A stretch of DNA of 64,000 nucleotides from Desulfatiglandales bacterium (GTDB taxonomy: Bacteria; Desulfobacterota; DSM-4660; Desulfatiglandales; Desulfatiglandaceae), in the NCBI GenBank assembly GCA_963662465.1, contig OY759599.1:128001-192000 (forward strand), read 5' to 3'. Both the position numbers and the translations under genes were made by a program. Within the stretch, counting starts at the first letter, position 1, and each line of letters begins with the position of its first letter. Shown here one piece after another: positions 1 through 8,954 of this stretch. A model generated the notes under the pieces. The model was not told the origin of the DNA and did not search any database. It saw nothing but the letters and a program-made list of their open reading frames with translations.

Positions 1-380
1 ACGATGAAAGGGATTTTTATCCTCATCATTTCTCTAAGGATATTTTTGGCAAGGGTGGTCTTCCCGGTCCCGGTGCTTCCGAATATCCCGGTATGGCGGG
101 TAAGCTCCGGGCGACTGATGCCGATGTTGTAAGAGGGGTAGCCCAGGTACCGGATATCGCCTATTGATATGTCCCCTCGGGCCAGATTCCTGTCAGGAGG
201 GGGAAGCACGATATCCTCTTCAATATCGTCGATATGATATTTTTCTTTGAGAATGTTGATCACGGTCAGCCATTCCTGACGGTCTTTCAGGTTGCTGGAG
301 TTGTATCTAACCCAGAGACCATCCGCCTTTTTTCCGATGAACGGTTTCAGCTTCCGAAGTATCGATTTAACGTCCTCCAT
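1..380 (-). CDS. HerA/FtsK-superfamily (DUF87/coupling-protein-like) ATPase, N-terminal part; runs off the window edge
   Basis: Not in the ORF track. Manual translation from ATG at 380: MEDVKSILRKLKPFIGKKADGLW...ELTRHTGIFGSTGTGKTTLAKNILREMMRIKIPFIV, an H-x-x-I-x-G-x-T-G-x-GKT Walker A. Start overlaps the stop of the upstream nuclease gene. Confidence 0.8.
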   Translation of the reverse strand, partial: MEDVKSILRKLKPFIGKKADGLWVRYNSSNLKDRQEWLTVINILKEKYHIDDIEEDIVLPPPDRNLARGDISIGDIRYLGYPSYNIGISRPELTRHTGIFGSTGTGKTTLAKNILREMMRIKIPFI

Positions 381-1128
381 TTTTCAAAATAAAGTCTTTT
401 TGGCACCACCCGCCGCAGGTGCAGGGATAATCCTTTTCATCCGTTGATACGGTTTTTTTATGAATATCCGTGACCAGTTCCAGGGCATACTCGACAAAAC
501 GTTGGGTTACCCGAAATCGTCTTTCCTTCATAGTTTTTAAAAAATCAATGGCCATAACGTCGGGCAGTACATGGAAATTTTCACGGTAAAGCAGCGCATA
601 GATTGCCATCTGGATCTTGATGTCCGGGGTGATGTCATCTTTTTTGCTTGTCTTATAATCAGTGATCATGACACTGCCATTGTGGTTTTGTATGGCATCG
701 ATAATGCCCATTACATAATAAGTTTTCGAAAAAAGTTTTACTTCGGCCGAGGTCTTTTTAGAGTGCCTCCGGCCCTGCTTTTCGTATCTCTTGAGCCAGC
801 CCAGGAGCATCTCCCAGGACTCCTGGTAGTACTGTTTGATGGTTGAATCCCCAAGGCCCAACTGTTGAAGTTCCTTGTCATGCCGGAGCCAGGCATCGTC
901 AAAAAGATGGTGCAAGGCAGCCTTAATCCTGTCGGGATAATGGCCGCTAGATACCTTCAGCTTATGAAACCCTGCGATGGCTTCATGCACCGCGCTTCCC
1001 CGGATGAGGTAGATGCTGGATCTCTGTTTCGAGCGAAGGGTGTACCTGAGATAGTATTTTCTGGGACAGCGGTGATACATGTTGATAGATGTTGCCGATT
1101 GCATGCGTCTTGCCAATTTATTTTCCAC
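367..1128 (-). CDS. PD-(D/E)XK nuclease, Cas4/RecB/AddB-like
   Basis: Motifs SATSINMYHRCPRKYY, RGSAVH, GIIDAI, ITDYKTS, QMAIYA and C-terminal CTCGGWC (one N-terminal plus three C-terminal Cys). Probable GTG start at 1128. Confidence 0.85.
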   Translation of the reverse strand: MENKLARRMQSATSINMYHRCPRKYYLRYTLRSKQRSSIYLIRGSAVHEAIAGFHKLKVSSGHYPDRIKAALHHLFDDAWLRHDKELQQLGLGDSTIKQYYQESWEMLLGWLKRYEKQGRRHSKKTSAEVKLFSKTYYVMGIIDAIQNHNGSVMITDYKTSKKDDITPDIKIQMAIYALLYRENFHVLPDVMAIDFLKTMKERRFRVTQRFVEYALELVTDIHKKTVSTDEKDYPCTCGGWCQKDFILKNGGR

Positions 1129-1261
1129 TCCGGGACCTTTGTCGCATGTTCTTGACTTCAACAAAATCCACAATCACCTGTTCGATCTCATCATCATTCA
1201 TCATGAGGGCGAACTGTATTGCGTCTTGCTTTATTTTTTTGACATCCTGTCTGGTTATCAT
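1118..1261 (-). CDS. small hypothetical protein (47 aa)
   Basis: GGAGG RBS; ATGA overlap with the upstream gene stop; stop overlaps the nuclease start. Confidence 0.55.
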   Translation of the reverse strand: MITRQDVKKIKQDAIQFALMMNDDEIEQVIVDFVEVKNMRQRSRSGK

Positions 1262-1845
1262 GGTGAAACCTCCATTTCTGTAATAAGCATGTTCTTCTGA
1301 ACTTCTTCCTGGTACTGGGTCAGAGCCTCTCGAAGTTCCTGGTTCAACTGGCATGTGTCGTTGAAATAACCGGCAGCCTCTTTTCTTTCCTGTTGCCCCA
1401 GATCAAATTTCATTCCTTCCAGATTGATCCTTTCCCGGTCCACGTGGCATGATCTTGTTAGTCTTTCGTTGATCATGTTCTGGGCCTTACAGCTGTCTTT
1501 GGCGATCCCGTACATCATATCCCGGTGAATCTTTTTCCGCTCATCGAGCTGAAGCAGGATCATTTCAATTTTGGATCGAATAAGGGTCAAACGGTCTTCG
1601 AATATGTCGTCTATGGTGCCCGGCGAAGCGTTTTGAAGGGACTCTTTTTTCATGGAGCAAAGGACATGATCTACAAGGCCGTTTTTTGAAGGCGGTTTCC
1701 AATGGGGCGCTTTTTGCGTGGGAATGATGTATCTATCAGGATTAAGTGGGATATACATTTCCCATTGTTTTTTCACAGTGCTCCCATTTTTGTGCTCATG
1801 AGGTTCTTCCATTTCTATTGCGCTTTGCATTTCAATCTTCTCCAC
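1258..1845 (-). CDS. hypothetical coiled-coil protein
   Basis: 195-aa ORF with charged helical C-terminal half, translationally coupled to the downstream gene. Confidence 0.6.
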   Translation of the reverse strand: MEKIEMQSAIEMEEPHEHKNGSTVKKQWEMYIPLNPDRYIIPTQKAPHWKPPSKNGLVDHVLCSMKKESLQNASPGTIDDIFEDRLTLIRSKIEMILLQLDERKKIHRDMMYGIAKDSCKAQNMINERLTRSCHVDRERINLEGMKFDLGQQERKEAAGYFNDTCQLNQELREALTQYQEEVQKNMLITEMEVSP

Positions 1846-1958
1846 TATCCGGTAGTAAACAATTCAAATATAAAAACTTTTCGGTATTGGAGATGGTTTC
1901 TCAGGAAGCATCTCTTTTAAACCAAAATCTATTTATAGAAAAAGCAGATCTCAAACCC

Positions 1959-2480
1959 ATGATGAAGAAAAAGTGTAAGCCCGATCAAAAAAATCAGTCG
2001 ATTTTGGTGTTCTCTGCGGTAGCTGTTATTCTTGTTTTTGGATTTCTTATATTTTATTTCAATCATCCCCGTGAGCAGCTAAAAGAATCTCCGGATATAT
2101 TTTTCAGCGTGGCCGGTCACGTGAATGGCAATCCCGTTCCAAACGCCACCATCTTTCTTTACGTCCTTACAGATACCCGCCTTAAAGCAGTCCTGGCCAC
2201 AATCAGGAACACGGAACCCTTCTTGAACATCACCATGAATGAAACCAATGGTTTCAGGATTCCTTATGTTTCACCCGGAGACTATGCCGCTGTTATGCCT
2301 GATACATTGTTCGACGGTCCCATCGGTGGGCCTGTTCCAAAAGAATGGCATCATAACAACTACGAACTCAAGATCATCCACCATGGCTACGACCATAAAT
2401 ATCTGGTCGTCGCTTTTTCAATCCACAGATTTCGCAGATTACACGGATTACTATCAATTGGAGGGCAATACGAAATCTGA
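1959..2480 (+). CDS. membrane-anchored hypothetical protein (beta-sandwich-like)
   Basis: Basic N-terminus, one TM helix (ILVFSAVAVILVFGFLIFYF), GHVNGNPVPNATIFLY motif; start uncertain. Confidence 0.5.
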   Translation: MMKKKCKPDQKNQSILVFSAVAVILVFGFLIFYFNHPREQLKESPDIFFSVAGHVNGNPVPNATIFLYVLTDTRLKAVLATIRNTEPFLNITMNETNGFRIPYVSPGDYAAVMPDTLFDGPIGGPVPKEWHHNNYELKIIHHGYDHKYLVVAFSIHRFRRLHGLLSIGGQYEI

Positions 2481-2935
2481 AGGATTTAATTCCCCGGAGC
2501 TTGCTGCGATAGAAAAGATAAAACTCTCATTTGGATACCCGCTGCTTGCGGTCGGGTGGTTCATTTCGCAAATCTTCTTGACACGTAAATTCGAGAATCG
2601 AAACCTTTATTAAGGCACGCTGTTTTCCAGAATCCGGGGACAAAAAAGTACCGATCTTGATGGCTTAAATGTCCTTTGAAATCAGGGAGCAAACTGCTCC
2701 CTTATTCTTCTGTATGTTCGGTCTCCCTGGTTTTTTCAGATATTTTTAAAAGATTCGCCGCTCAATTTTTGCCACATTACCGACTGTCCTATATTTCAGC
2801 GCCCAATAGAACGAATCCAACCAGGGCGTGGTATCCTGTCAATACATCTCATGGTGAAACCAAAACCGACCGGCTTCAAAACCGGAACTTATTCATAGTG
2901 AATGGAGTCGAGTTCTTAAGGCGAGAAAATTCCCT

Positions 2936-3226
2936 TTACGGTTTTTTTTTCCAGCAACAACAATCTGTACAATAGATGATGAGCTTTCTTGCTTCTTTCT
3001 CTGTACCTTTAAAGAGGACTTTCCCGCACGTTGAACATTCCATGCTGATATGTTCATTCTCCAAGCCATATTGCTCTTCAAATTCAGGCATCTTATCTAT
3101 TTCTCTTCCCAGTTCGCTGTCAAAAGGAATGAATTCAATGGGTGGTTCCATGGGCCTGAATTCCCTTAACCTGAAATCTATGAAATACCTTTTGCCCTTG
3201 TGCTTTATAATGGGTAGTTTTTGCAT
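2936..3226 (-). CDS. small zinc-ribbon hypothetical protein
   Basis: CSTC...CTDC; GGAGG RBS upstream. Confidence 0.65.
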   Translation of the reverse strand: MQKLPIIKHKGKRYFIDFRLREFRPMEPPIEFIPFDSELGREIDKMPEFEEQYGLENEHISMECSTCGKVLFKGTEKEARKLIIYCTDCCCWKKKP

Positions 3227-3435
3227 TTTTTCTTAACCTCCGTGCTTTATTAATGGGGCACGGAGGACTGTTCGCGCCCTTAAACATTCTTGTCCAGCCC
3301 CTTTGCCTCAGAAATTCCGGGAAGTGAGCGAAGCTGCGTAGGCCTTGGCCGAAGTGCGGAGCTCGCGGTTGTCACAGAACGTAATGGAAACCGGCTAATG
3401 GCCATGCGAAAAAGGGCCTGAAAAGGCTCCTTCTT

Positions 3436-4095
3436 CTATTCACTGTAGGCGCGTTTCCGCCAAATGCACTTACACTTTAGGATTCTGCCGTTCAGCTCTG
3501 ATATCCTGGCGAAAAGTTTTTCCTTGTTCATCAAATGGGGATATTTCCTGTAGTTTTCAAGCAACATGCACACCTTGTTCCTGAACTCATCATCAACCAG
3601 CTTTTTGAATCGCTTGGCGATATTTGCTTTGCCCTCCTCGTGGCAGATACAGCTGTGGAGAAGTGCCAAGTCATCGACTCTCTCATAAATTTTTCTGAGG
3701 CGGTATGCATGTTTGTCGAAGGGATGTGCCCTCTGGTAGTCAATAGAACCGTAGTGGAATGATATGGAATCGTCCCCTTCAAAAGCCCAGAAATCGCTAT
3801 GCTGCGATTGCTTTGGCAAGCTTAAAAGCAATGCATAGTCCTGTGTCATAAACCAGTGTACAAAATCCCAGTATGCCTGTTGTTCCTCTTCGTTGTCGAA
3901 TTCCAAACAACTAAATTGGCGAATGGGTTTGAGTCCCGGCCGCGGCGGCAAATCCTGTTCATCAATCCAACAATCCACTGTTTCACGTATCTGTTTTCTA
4001 TCCATCTTATTCACCTCCCGGAGCGAGTATCTTCTCTCTCTCAGGTCGTAATCTGTACCTGAGAGAGAGTAGTCCTGCTTGGTTTTTGTCCGCAT
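3436..4095 (-). CDS. hypothetical protein
   Basis: 219-aa ORF co-oriented with the left-hand minus-strand cluster; internal GGAGGTG RBS suggests the start may be MDRKQ. Confidence 0.6.
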   Translation of the reverse strand: MRTKTKQDYSLSGTDYDLRERRYSLREVNKMDRKQIRETVDCWIDEQDLPPRPGLKPIRQFSCLEFDNEEEQQAYWDFVHWFMTQDYALLLSLPKQSQHSDFWAFEGDDSISFHYGSIDYQRAHPFDKHAYRLRKIYERVDDLALLHSCICHEEGKANIAKRFKKLVDDEFRNKVCMLLENYRKYPHLMNKEKLFARISELNGRILKCKCIWRKRAYSE

Positions 4096-4558
4096 CGGTT
4101 TTTATAAAAATGGATGTATTCATCCCGGGATATGTAAATTCTGAACACATACCGGAATCAAGGACAAAAACTGAAAGATTAAAAATGTAGCGTGGCGGTC
4201 ACTTCCGGCGTGACTAATCCGGGAGAACGGACCATTTAATTTCTATCCTGGATTAGGCACGCGAAGTGGGCATATTTATGCCACCTATCTTTATTTATCT
4301 TTCACAGGCTATCTGCCAAAGGGAGGGTTTGGGAGGGAAATAAGGTTCCCCTCTCAAATTAGAAGAAGAATTTGCCATAGGCGACCCCGTGGGGGGAAAG
4401 GTTTAAATAGGCGTTTGCGGTGAGCAAAGCGGAGCGTACTCCTTTTAAGCCTTTAGCCGTGAAGTGGCACAAATAGTCCACCTTTCGTTGAGGCGGAATC
4501 TATTGGATATCGTCAAGATAAAACCACTGCTTATTTTTGATTTAAATCATCCTAAGGT

Positions 4559-6238
4559 CAATACCCGTGAATGAATGATGTTCATGCTGCCTTTTTGTAC
4601 AGGACTTCCACATCTTGATTGAAATGGACGGTTTGCGATTTATCCTTGCTACGCTTTCGTTTGAAATTAGACATTTTTACTTTTATGACCCGTGGATTAC
4701 GTCTGGGTCTGCGTGGTCTATCAATTTTTGATTCTGCGATCATTTTAAGCAGAAAAGACCGCTTTTCTTTTCTCTTTCCCGTTATCATACTCATGAGTGG
4801 GGCACTTTGTATGATAAGATCGACAGTATCTACGAAACTGATCAACAAAGGATCACCGCCTTCCATGTTTGTTGCTTCTTGGATCAAAGAGCGAATCAGA
4901 TTGTATACGATCATTATTGAATACAATTCCTGTTCAACCAAATCACTGCGTTTACTACGAATTATGGTCGGCATTTGCCCTTTAAGAGTAGCGCACTGAT
5001 GAGTTTTAATTTCATCAAAAGCAATTTCTATATCCCAGCGCTTATGATAATGGGTGACAATCTCTTTTGCGCTGATATCTGAATCCAAGAGGCTTGTAAT
5101 TAAACGTACAGGTCGAAAACCTGGAATTTGGAAATGAATTACACGAACGATTATTTCAACCTTTTTCCATTTTTTCCGGCCGGTTTTCGGGTCTTCCGAT
5201 TCAACGATTTTCCCGTCAATTTTGCTCAGATAACTGCCGTCAAGCATTTGGGAACCAGGAATTGGTTTTAATTTTCCCGATTTTGCTATTTTCATAATGT
5301 GTTGAATCCCATTCTCGAACATATAATTGGCCAAATCAAATGAGTAAAATCCAGCATCAAAAAGCAATAATGCGCTTTCTATTGAACATCTTTTCAGGAT
5401 TTGAAACATCAAGGTTCTTTCGCCGGTCTTTTTTCCTTTGTAGGGAGCATAAGCAATATCTATAATTCGACGGGCAGTCAGACCCATTAATGCAACCAAT
5501 CTCATTTGCGGGAATGCGCCGTAGCCTCTTCCCGAGTTGTGTTTTCCAAACTTTTGCCAATTGCTTTCAGTGTCCGGCATTGTCAAGGAGGTACCATCAA
5601 ACATAGCGGTTCTCATTCCATGAAAATCAGGAGGTTCAATGTCTTTGAAAGTCGAAGCAAATCTGTAAAAAATGGTACGAAAGACGTCAATTCCCATTTT
5701 GGATCGAGCATGGCTAATCGTGCCTGCTTTTACAAATTTTCCATGGAAATCCAAATCCTTCCAGCGCATACCGGCGACCAGCCAGTTCAAAGTTTTGTCG
5801 TAATTCAAGTTTCGACGCAAAGCTAATGCAAAGCATAGCCAAACCAAAACAACCGGCGTCAGAATCGTGCCTTTCCTGTATTTGTCTTTCTGATGTTCTT
5901 TGAGAGCATCCTCAATGATCGGTTGAATAATTTTTTCAAAAGGAGCAAACTCAAAATCACTTTCAATTTTGGAAAAAATTTCTGAAACCCTTTTGATCAT
6001 GACTCTATCCTCGTCTAAGTTTTCTGATTAGTTGGTCTTTACATGAACCCATCAGAGTTTAAACGAGTATGAAGCGAATGTCCCGCTCCGTATTGCGGCA
6101 TTATTCGCTAAAATCAGCCGTATGGCCTTATTAGATCGTTTTTTCTCGCTTTTATATAGAATTTCTTTTTATTTTGACGATTATCTTTACTGAGGATTGG
6201 CCTCAGAAAAAGTGAAGCCAATTCATTCACGGGTATTG
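4559..6238 (-). mobile_element. complete IS4-family insertion sequence
   Basis: Perfect terminal IR CAATACCCGTGAATGAAT (4559-4576 / 6221-6238); 10-bp target duplication ATCCTAAGGT (4549-4558, 6239-6248). Confidence 0.95.
4582..6000 (-). CDS. IS4-family DDE transposase
   Basis: FDGT, FPQMRLV, LFDAGFYS and YHKRWDIEIAFDEIK (YREK-type) motifs. Confidence 0.92.
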   Translation of the reverse strand: MIKRVSEIFSKIESDFEFAPFEKIIQPIIEDALKEHQKDKYRKGTILTPVVLVWLCFALALRRNLNYDKTLNWLVAGMRWKDLDFHGKFVKAGTISHARSKMGIDVFRTIFYRFASTFKDIEPPDFHGMRTAMFDGTSLTMPDTESNWQKFGKHNSGRGYGAFPQMRLVALMGLTARRIIDIAYAPYKGKKTGERTLMFQILKRCSIESALLLFDAGFYSFDLANYMFENGIQHIMKIAKSGKLKPIPGSQMLDGSYLSKIDGKIVESEDPKTGRKKWKKVEIIVRVIHFQIPGFRPVRLITSLLDSDISAKEIVTHYHKRWDIEIAFDEIKTHQCATLKGQMPTIIRSKRSDLVEQELYSIMIVYNLIRSLIQEATNMEGGDPLLISFVDTVDLIIQSAPLMSMITGKRKEKRSFLLKMIAESKIDRPRRPRRNPRVIKVKMSNFKRKRSKDKSQTVHFNQDVEVLYKKAA

Positions 6239-6489
6239 ATCCTAAGGTTAACCGGCCACCGAAAACAATCGACACATTTGATTCTTTTTGCCATAATTGT
6301 CGAGTTGGAGCTGACTCTGCATTTCACGTTGACTTTCATTTCTGTTCACAGGGCCATTACAATTGTATTCAGAAATTTGGTTCAAATCTTATGAATACCA
6401 TCTGTATTGTGAAAGGCGTTAGAGTTTCGGTATAATGCGAGTATCTTTAACCTCGCTTAGTTCGAATCCAAAGCCTCCACCTCACAAGC

Positions 6490-6535
6490 TTGACAAAATA
6501 TACTGGCGTGATATTCTCTATTCGCGAATTGCGAA
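6490..6535 (+). promoter_or_regulatory. sigma70-like promoter with palindromic operator
   Basis: TTGACA (6490-6495)-N16-TATTCT (6512-6517); palindrome TTCGC-GAATT-GCGAA (6521-6535); AAAGGAG RBS follows. Confidence 0.55.
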
Positions 6536-6547
6536 AGGAGAATGCTC

Positions 6548-6655
6548 ATGGTCCTCAAGCCTCAAGATATCTTGGTTTTATTAAAGCTAATCTCTGTCGG
6601 GAAAAGAAACTGGTCTTACAACATCTTGTTAGGCGTGTGCCAGGCTGCGTCATGA
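6548..6655 (+). pseudogene. 5' stub of a winged-helix protein gene, truncated at the cassette insertion point
   Basis: MVLKPQDILVLLKLISVGKRNWSYNIL resembles the N-terminus of a wHTH hypothetical family; it reads into GTTAGGC (6628-6634) and stops 8 codons later. Confidence 0.6.
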
Positions 6656-6676
6656 TAGACTGATCCAAAGGCAACT

Positions 6677-7660
6677 ATGAGACTTGAAGCAGATATAGGT
6701 GGCCGTTACGAAGTGCTCTGCAATGAGACGGGCTACTTCGGCGGAAATGTCATACGTATTGGGGAGCCGAAGGTATGCCGTTTTTGCGGCGAGACAGACA
6801 CCACACTTTTCAAGAAGAAAGCACATACGTTTCCGGAGTCAATCGGAAACAAGTGGGTCTTCTCTCTCGACGAGTGCGATCGGTGCAACTTGCTGTTCGG
6901 AGACTACGAGGATGCTTTGGCAACATGCGTTAGGCCCTTCCTCACCCTCGGCGGAGTCAGAGGAAAGAAAGGAGTCCCTCAGCTCGGCCGGTCTAAGGGC
7001 CAGTCCTCAATCAAGCACATTTTTGAACAAGGAAAGCGAGGTCTTTCCCTGGCGGCGCAAGTTGAAGATCTCGACTCCGTGTTTCGCCCTGGTAGATCCG
7101 CTGGTGTCATTGAGGCTGATTTTATAGTCCCCCCGGCACGCTTCAGGCCTCGCCTAGCATACAAGGCGCTGGTGAAGATGGGTATCGCGCTTCTGCCTCG
7201 AGAGGAGCTGGGGAACTACTCGAAGCTAAGGACATGGCTGCAAACGAAGAACGATGAAGTCGACTTTCCCTCACTGGACGTACTGATGTCGTTCGTTTCA
7301 GTCGGAAACTCGCCAGACATGGTGTCCGGCACCCTCCTGCGACGGCTCGATCCGATAGACGTGGTGCCACACATTCTCTTTTTCCTCACCGCCGGATCTG
7401 TCTGCTTTCAGATCGACTTGCTTGCTGATGAATTGGACTCTCATATCCCTCACGTGGATCCTTGCCACGTAAAGATCCGTTGGACTTCAGTGCTTTTAGG
7501 CGAAAGTGATGACCCTCCCATCAAGCTGCGGTATTCAGATCCAACTTGCCTTGATTGGTCTGCCGCTGACCTTGCGGATCCTCCCGTTGAGAAGTTGAAG
7601 TTCGAATTCAACGTAGCGACGACCCACGCTCAGTGGACTCCCATCATGCGAGAGTCTTAG
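6677..7660 (+). CDS. HNH endonuclease with uncharacterised C-terminal domain (cassette 1)
   Basis: CRFC...AHTFPESIGNK...ECDRCNLLFG Zn-binding HNH signature. Confidence 0.85.
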   Translation: MRLEADIGGRYEVLCNETGYFGGNVIRIGEPKVCRFCGETDTTLFKKKAHTFPESIGNKWVFSLDECDRCNLLFGDYEDALATCVRPFLTLGGVRGKKGVPQLGRSKGQSSIKHIFEQGKRGLSLAAQVEDLDSVFRPGRSAGVIEADFIVPPARFRPRLAYKALVKMGIALLPREELGNYSKLRTWLQTKNDEVDFPSLDVLMSFVSVGNSPDMVSGTLLRRLDPIDVVPHILFFLTAGSVCFQIDLLADELDSHIPHVDPCHVKIRWTSVLLGESDDPPIKLRYSDPTCLDWSAADLADPPVEKLKFEFNVATTHAQWTPIMRES

Positions 7661-7679
7661 TTGAGCCGCGTGTCCATTC

Positions 7680-7748
7680 GCCTAACATCGGGCTGGACGA
7701 GGATGCGCTGGAAAACCGCCCGCCCACCTGTCAGCCCGGCCGTTCGGC
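7680..7748 (+). repeat. attC site 1
   Basis: GCCTAAC-N5-GCTGGACG...TGTCAGC-N6-GTTCGGC; L boxes pair with one extrahelical G. Confidence 0.88.
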
Positions 7749-7775
7749 TGCAGCACAAAGGAGGTTCAATGCACT

Positions 7776-8954
7776 ATGGACCCAGTAACAAAGGACATTC
7801 TATCCCAGCTCGACAATCTCTTGGCAGCCAGTAATCAATCGTGGCTGTTCGGTGCAGGAATCAGCCTTGATGCAGGGATTCCTCTGATGTGGCCGCTTAC
7901 TGAGCGAGTATTCACGAGGGCAAAAGACGATGGAGAACCGAGTGACATCAAAGTTCTCGAGTTTGTAAAGAGCCAGCTTTCTGACGATTCGCATATTGAG
8001 CACATCTTGAGTCAGCTCGGCGATCACCGCGCGATTGCCGACCGCTCAAAGGACAAGAATGTCGCGTTCGACGCCATTTCTCTCTCGGTGGATGACCTTG
8101 ATGGTCTTCACCAAAGGATTCTGACATGGATTGCTGAGACAATTCGATGGGGATACAAACCTGCTCAACCTGTGGGGATTCCTGAGGAAATTGGGACGTA
8201 TGAGAACCGTATTGTCGTTATCGACAACCATTCAGCATTCGTTTATGCCCTCTTCAATCGAAGCCAAGCAGGAATCGCAGAACGACGGAGAGCAGTCCGG
8301 CTATTTACCACCAACTACGATACCCTCCTTGAAGATGCTCTTGCACTTGGAGGCTTCTCGTGCTGGGATGGGTTCTCTGGCGGCGCGGTCGCGTATCGTA
8401 GCCATCGTTACGGCGACGAAGAGCCAAATCTCAGAGATCGTGCGCATGTAATCAAGCTTCACGGGTCGATCGACTGGCACTTAGGAGAAGATGACCGAGT
8501 CTGGCGAGTCCGCGACGGGGATCTCTATCCTAAGAAAGTTTCTCGGGTTCTAATCTACCCACAAGCCACAAAATACCTTGCGACTCAAAGGGATCCATTT
8601 GCGGCCCAATTTGATCTATTCCGGCGTTCACTTGGGGCACGGGAGGAGAATGTTCTCGCAACATGTGGATACAGCTTTGGGGACGAGCATATCAACCAGG
8701 AGATTGAACTGACGCTACAACGCCCGGAGAACAAAGCAACGGTTCTCGCCTTTGCTCAGAAGCTCAATCCGACTCTCGAAAGGTGGAGGACCGGTCCGTG
8801 GGGTAAACGTGTCTATGTCATTTCAGCGGATGGCTTGTATGTAGGTGCAGACGGACCTCAAGCGCCTCCGACTGCTGGAGCAAAACGAGATTGGTGGACG
8901 TTTTCTGGCGTGACCAAAATGCTAAACTGTGGAGCGGAGGCGTGTGCGCTATGA
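7776..8954 (+). CDS. SIR2-family NADase effector of a Sir2-HerA defence system
   Basis: WLFGAGIS, FTTNYDTLLE, KLHGSIDW, CGYSFGDEHIN; GGAGG RBS; ATGA-coupled to HerA. Confidence 0.92.
   Translation: MDPVTKDILSQLDNLLAASNQSWLFGAGISLDAGIPLMWPLTERVFTRAKDDGEPSDIKVLEFVKSQLSDDSHIEHILSQLGDHRAIADRSKDKNVAFDAISLSVDDLDGLHQRILTWIAETIRWGYKPAQPVGIPEEIGTYENRIVVIDNHSAFVYALFNRSQAGIAERRRAVRLFTTNYDTLLEDALALGGFSCWDGFSGGAVAYRSHRYGDEEPNLRDRAHVIKLHGSIDWHLGEDDRVWRVRDGDLYPKKVSRVLIYPQATKYLATQRDPFAAQFDLFRRSLGAREENVLATCGYSFGDEHINQEIELTLQRPENKATVLAFAQKLNPTLERWRTGPWGKRVYVISADGLYVGADGPQAPPTAGAKRDWWTFSGVTKMLNCGAEACAL

Noticed and set aside
367..1128. Cas4 as evidence of CRISPR-Cas
   Set aside because: No other cas gene or array in the window; solo Cas4-like nucleases are common in mobile elements.
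6455..6482. tRNA 3' end / att remnant (GTTCGAATCC...CTCCAC)
   Set aside because: The T-stem pairs poorly and there is no rest of a cloverleaf; at most a degenerate remnant.
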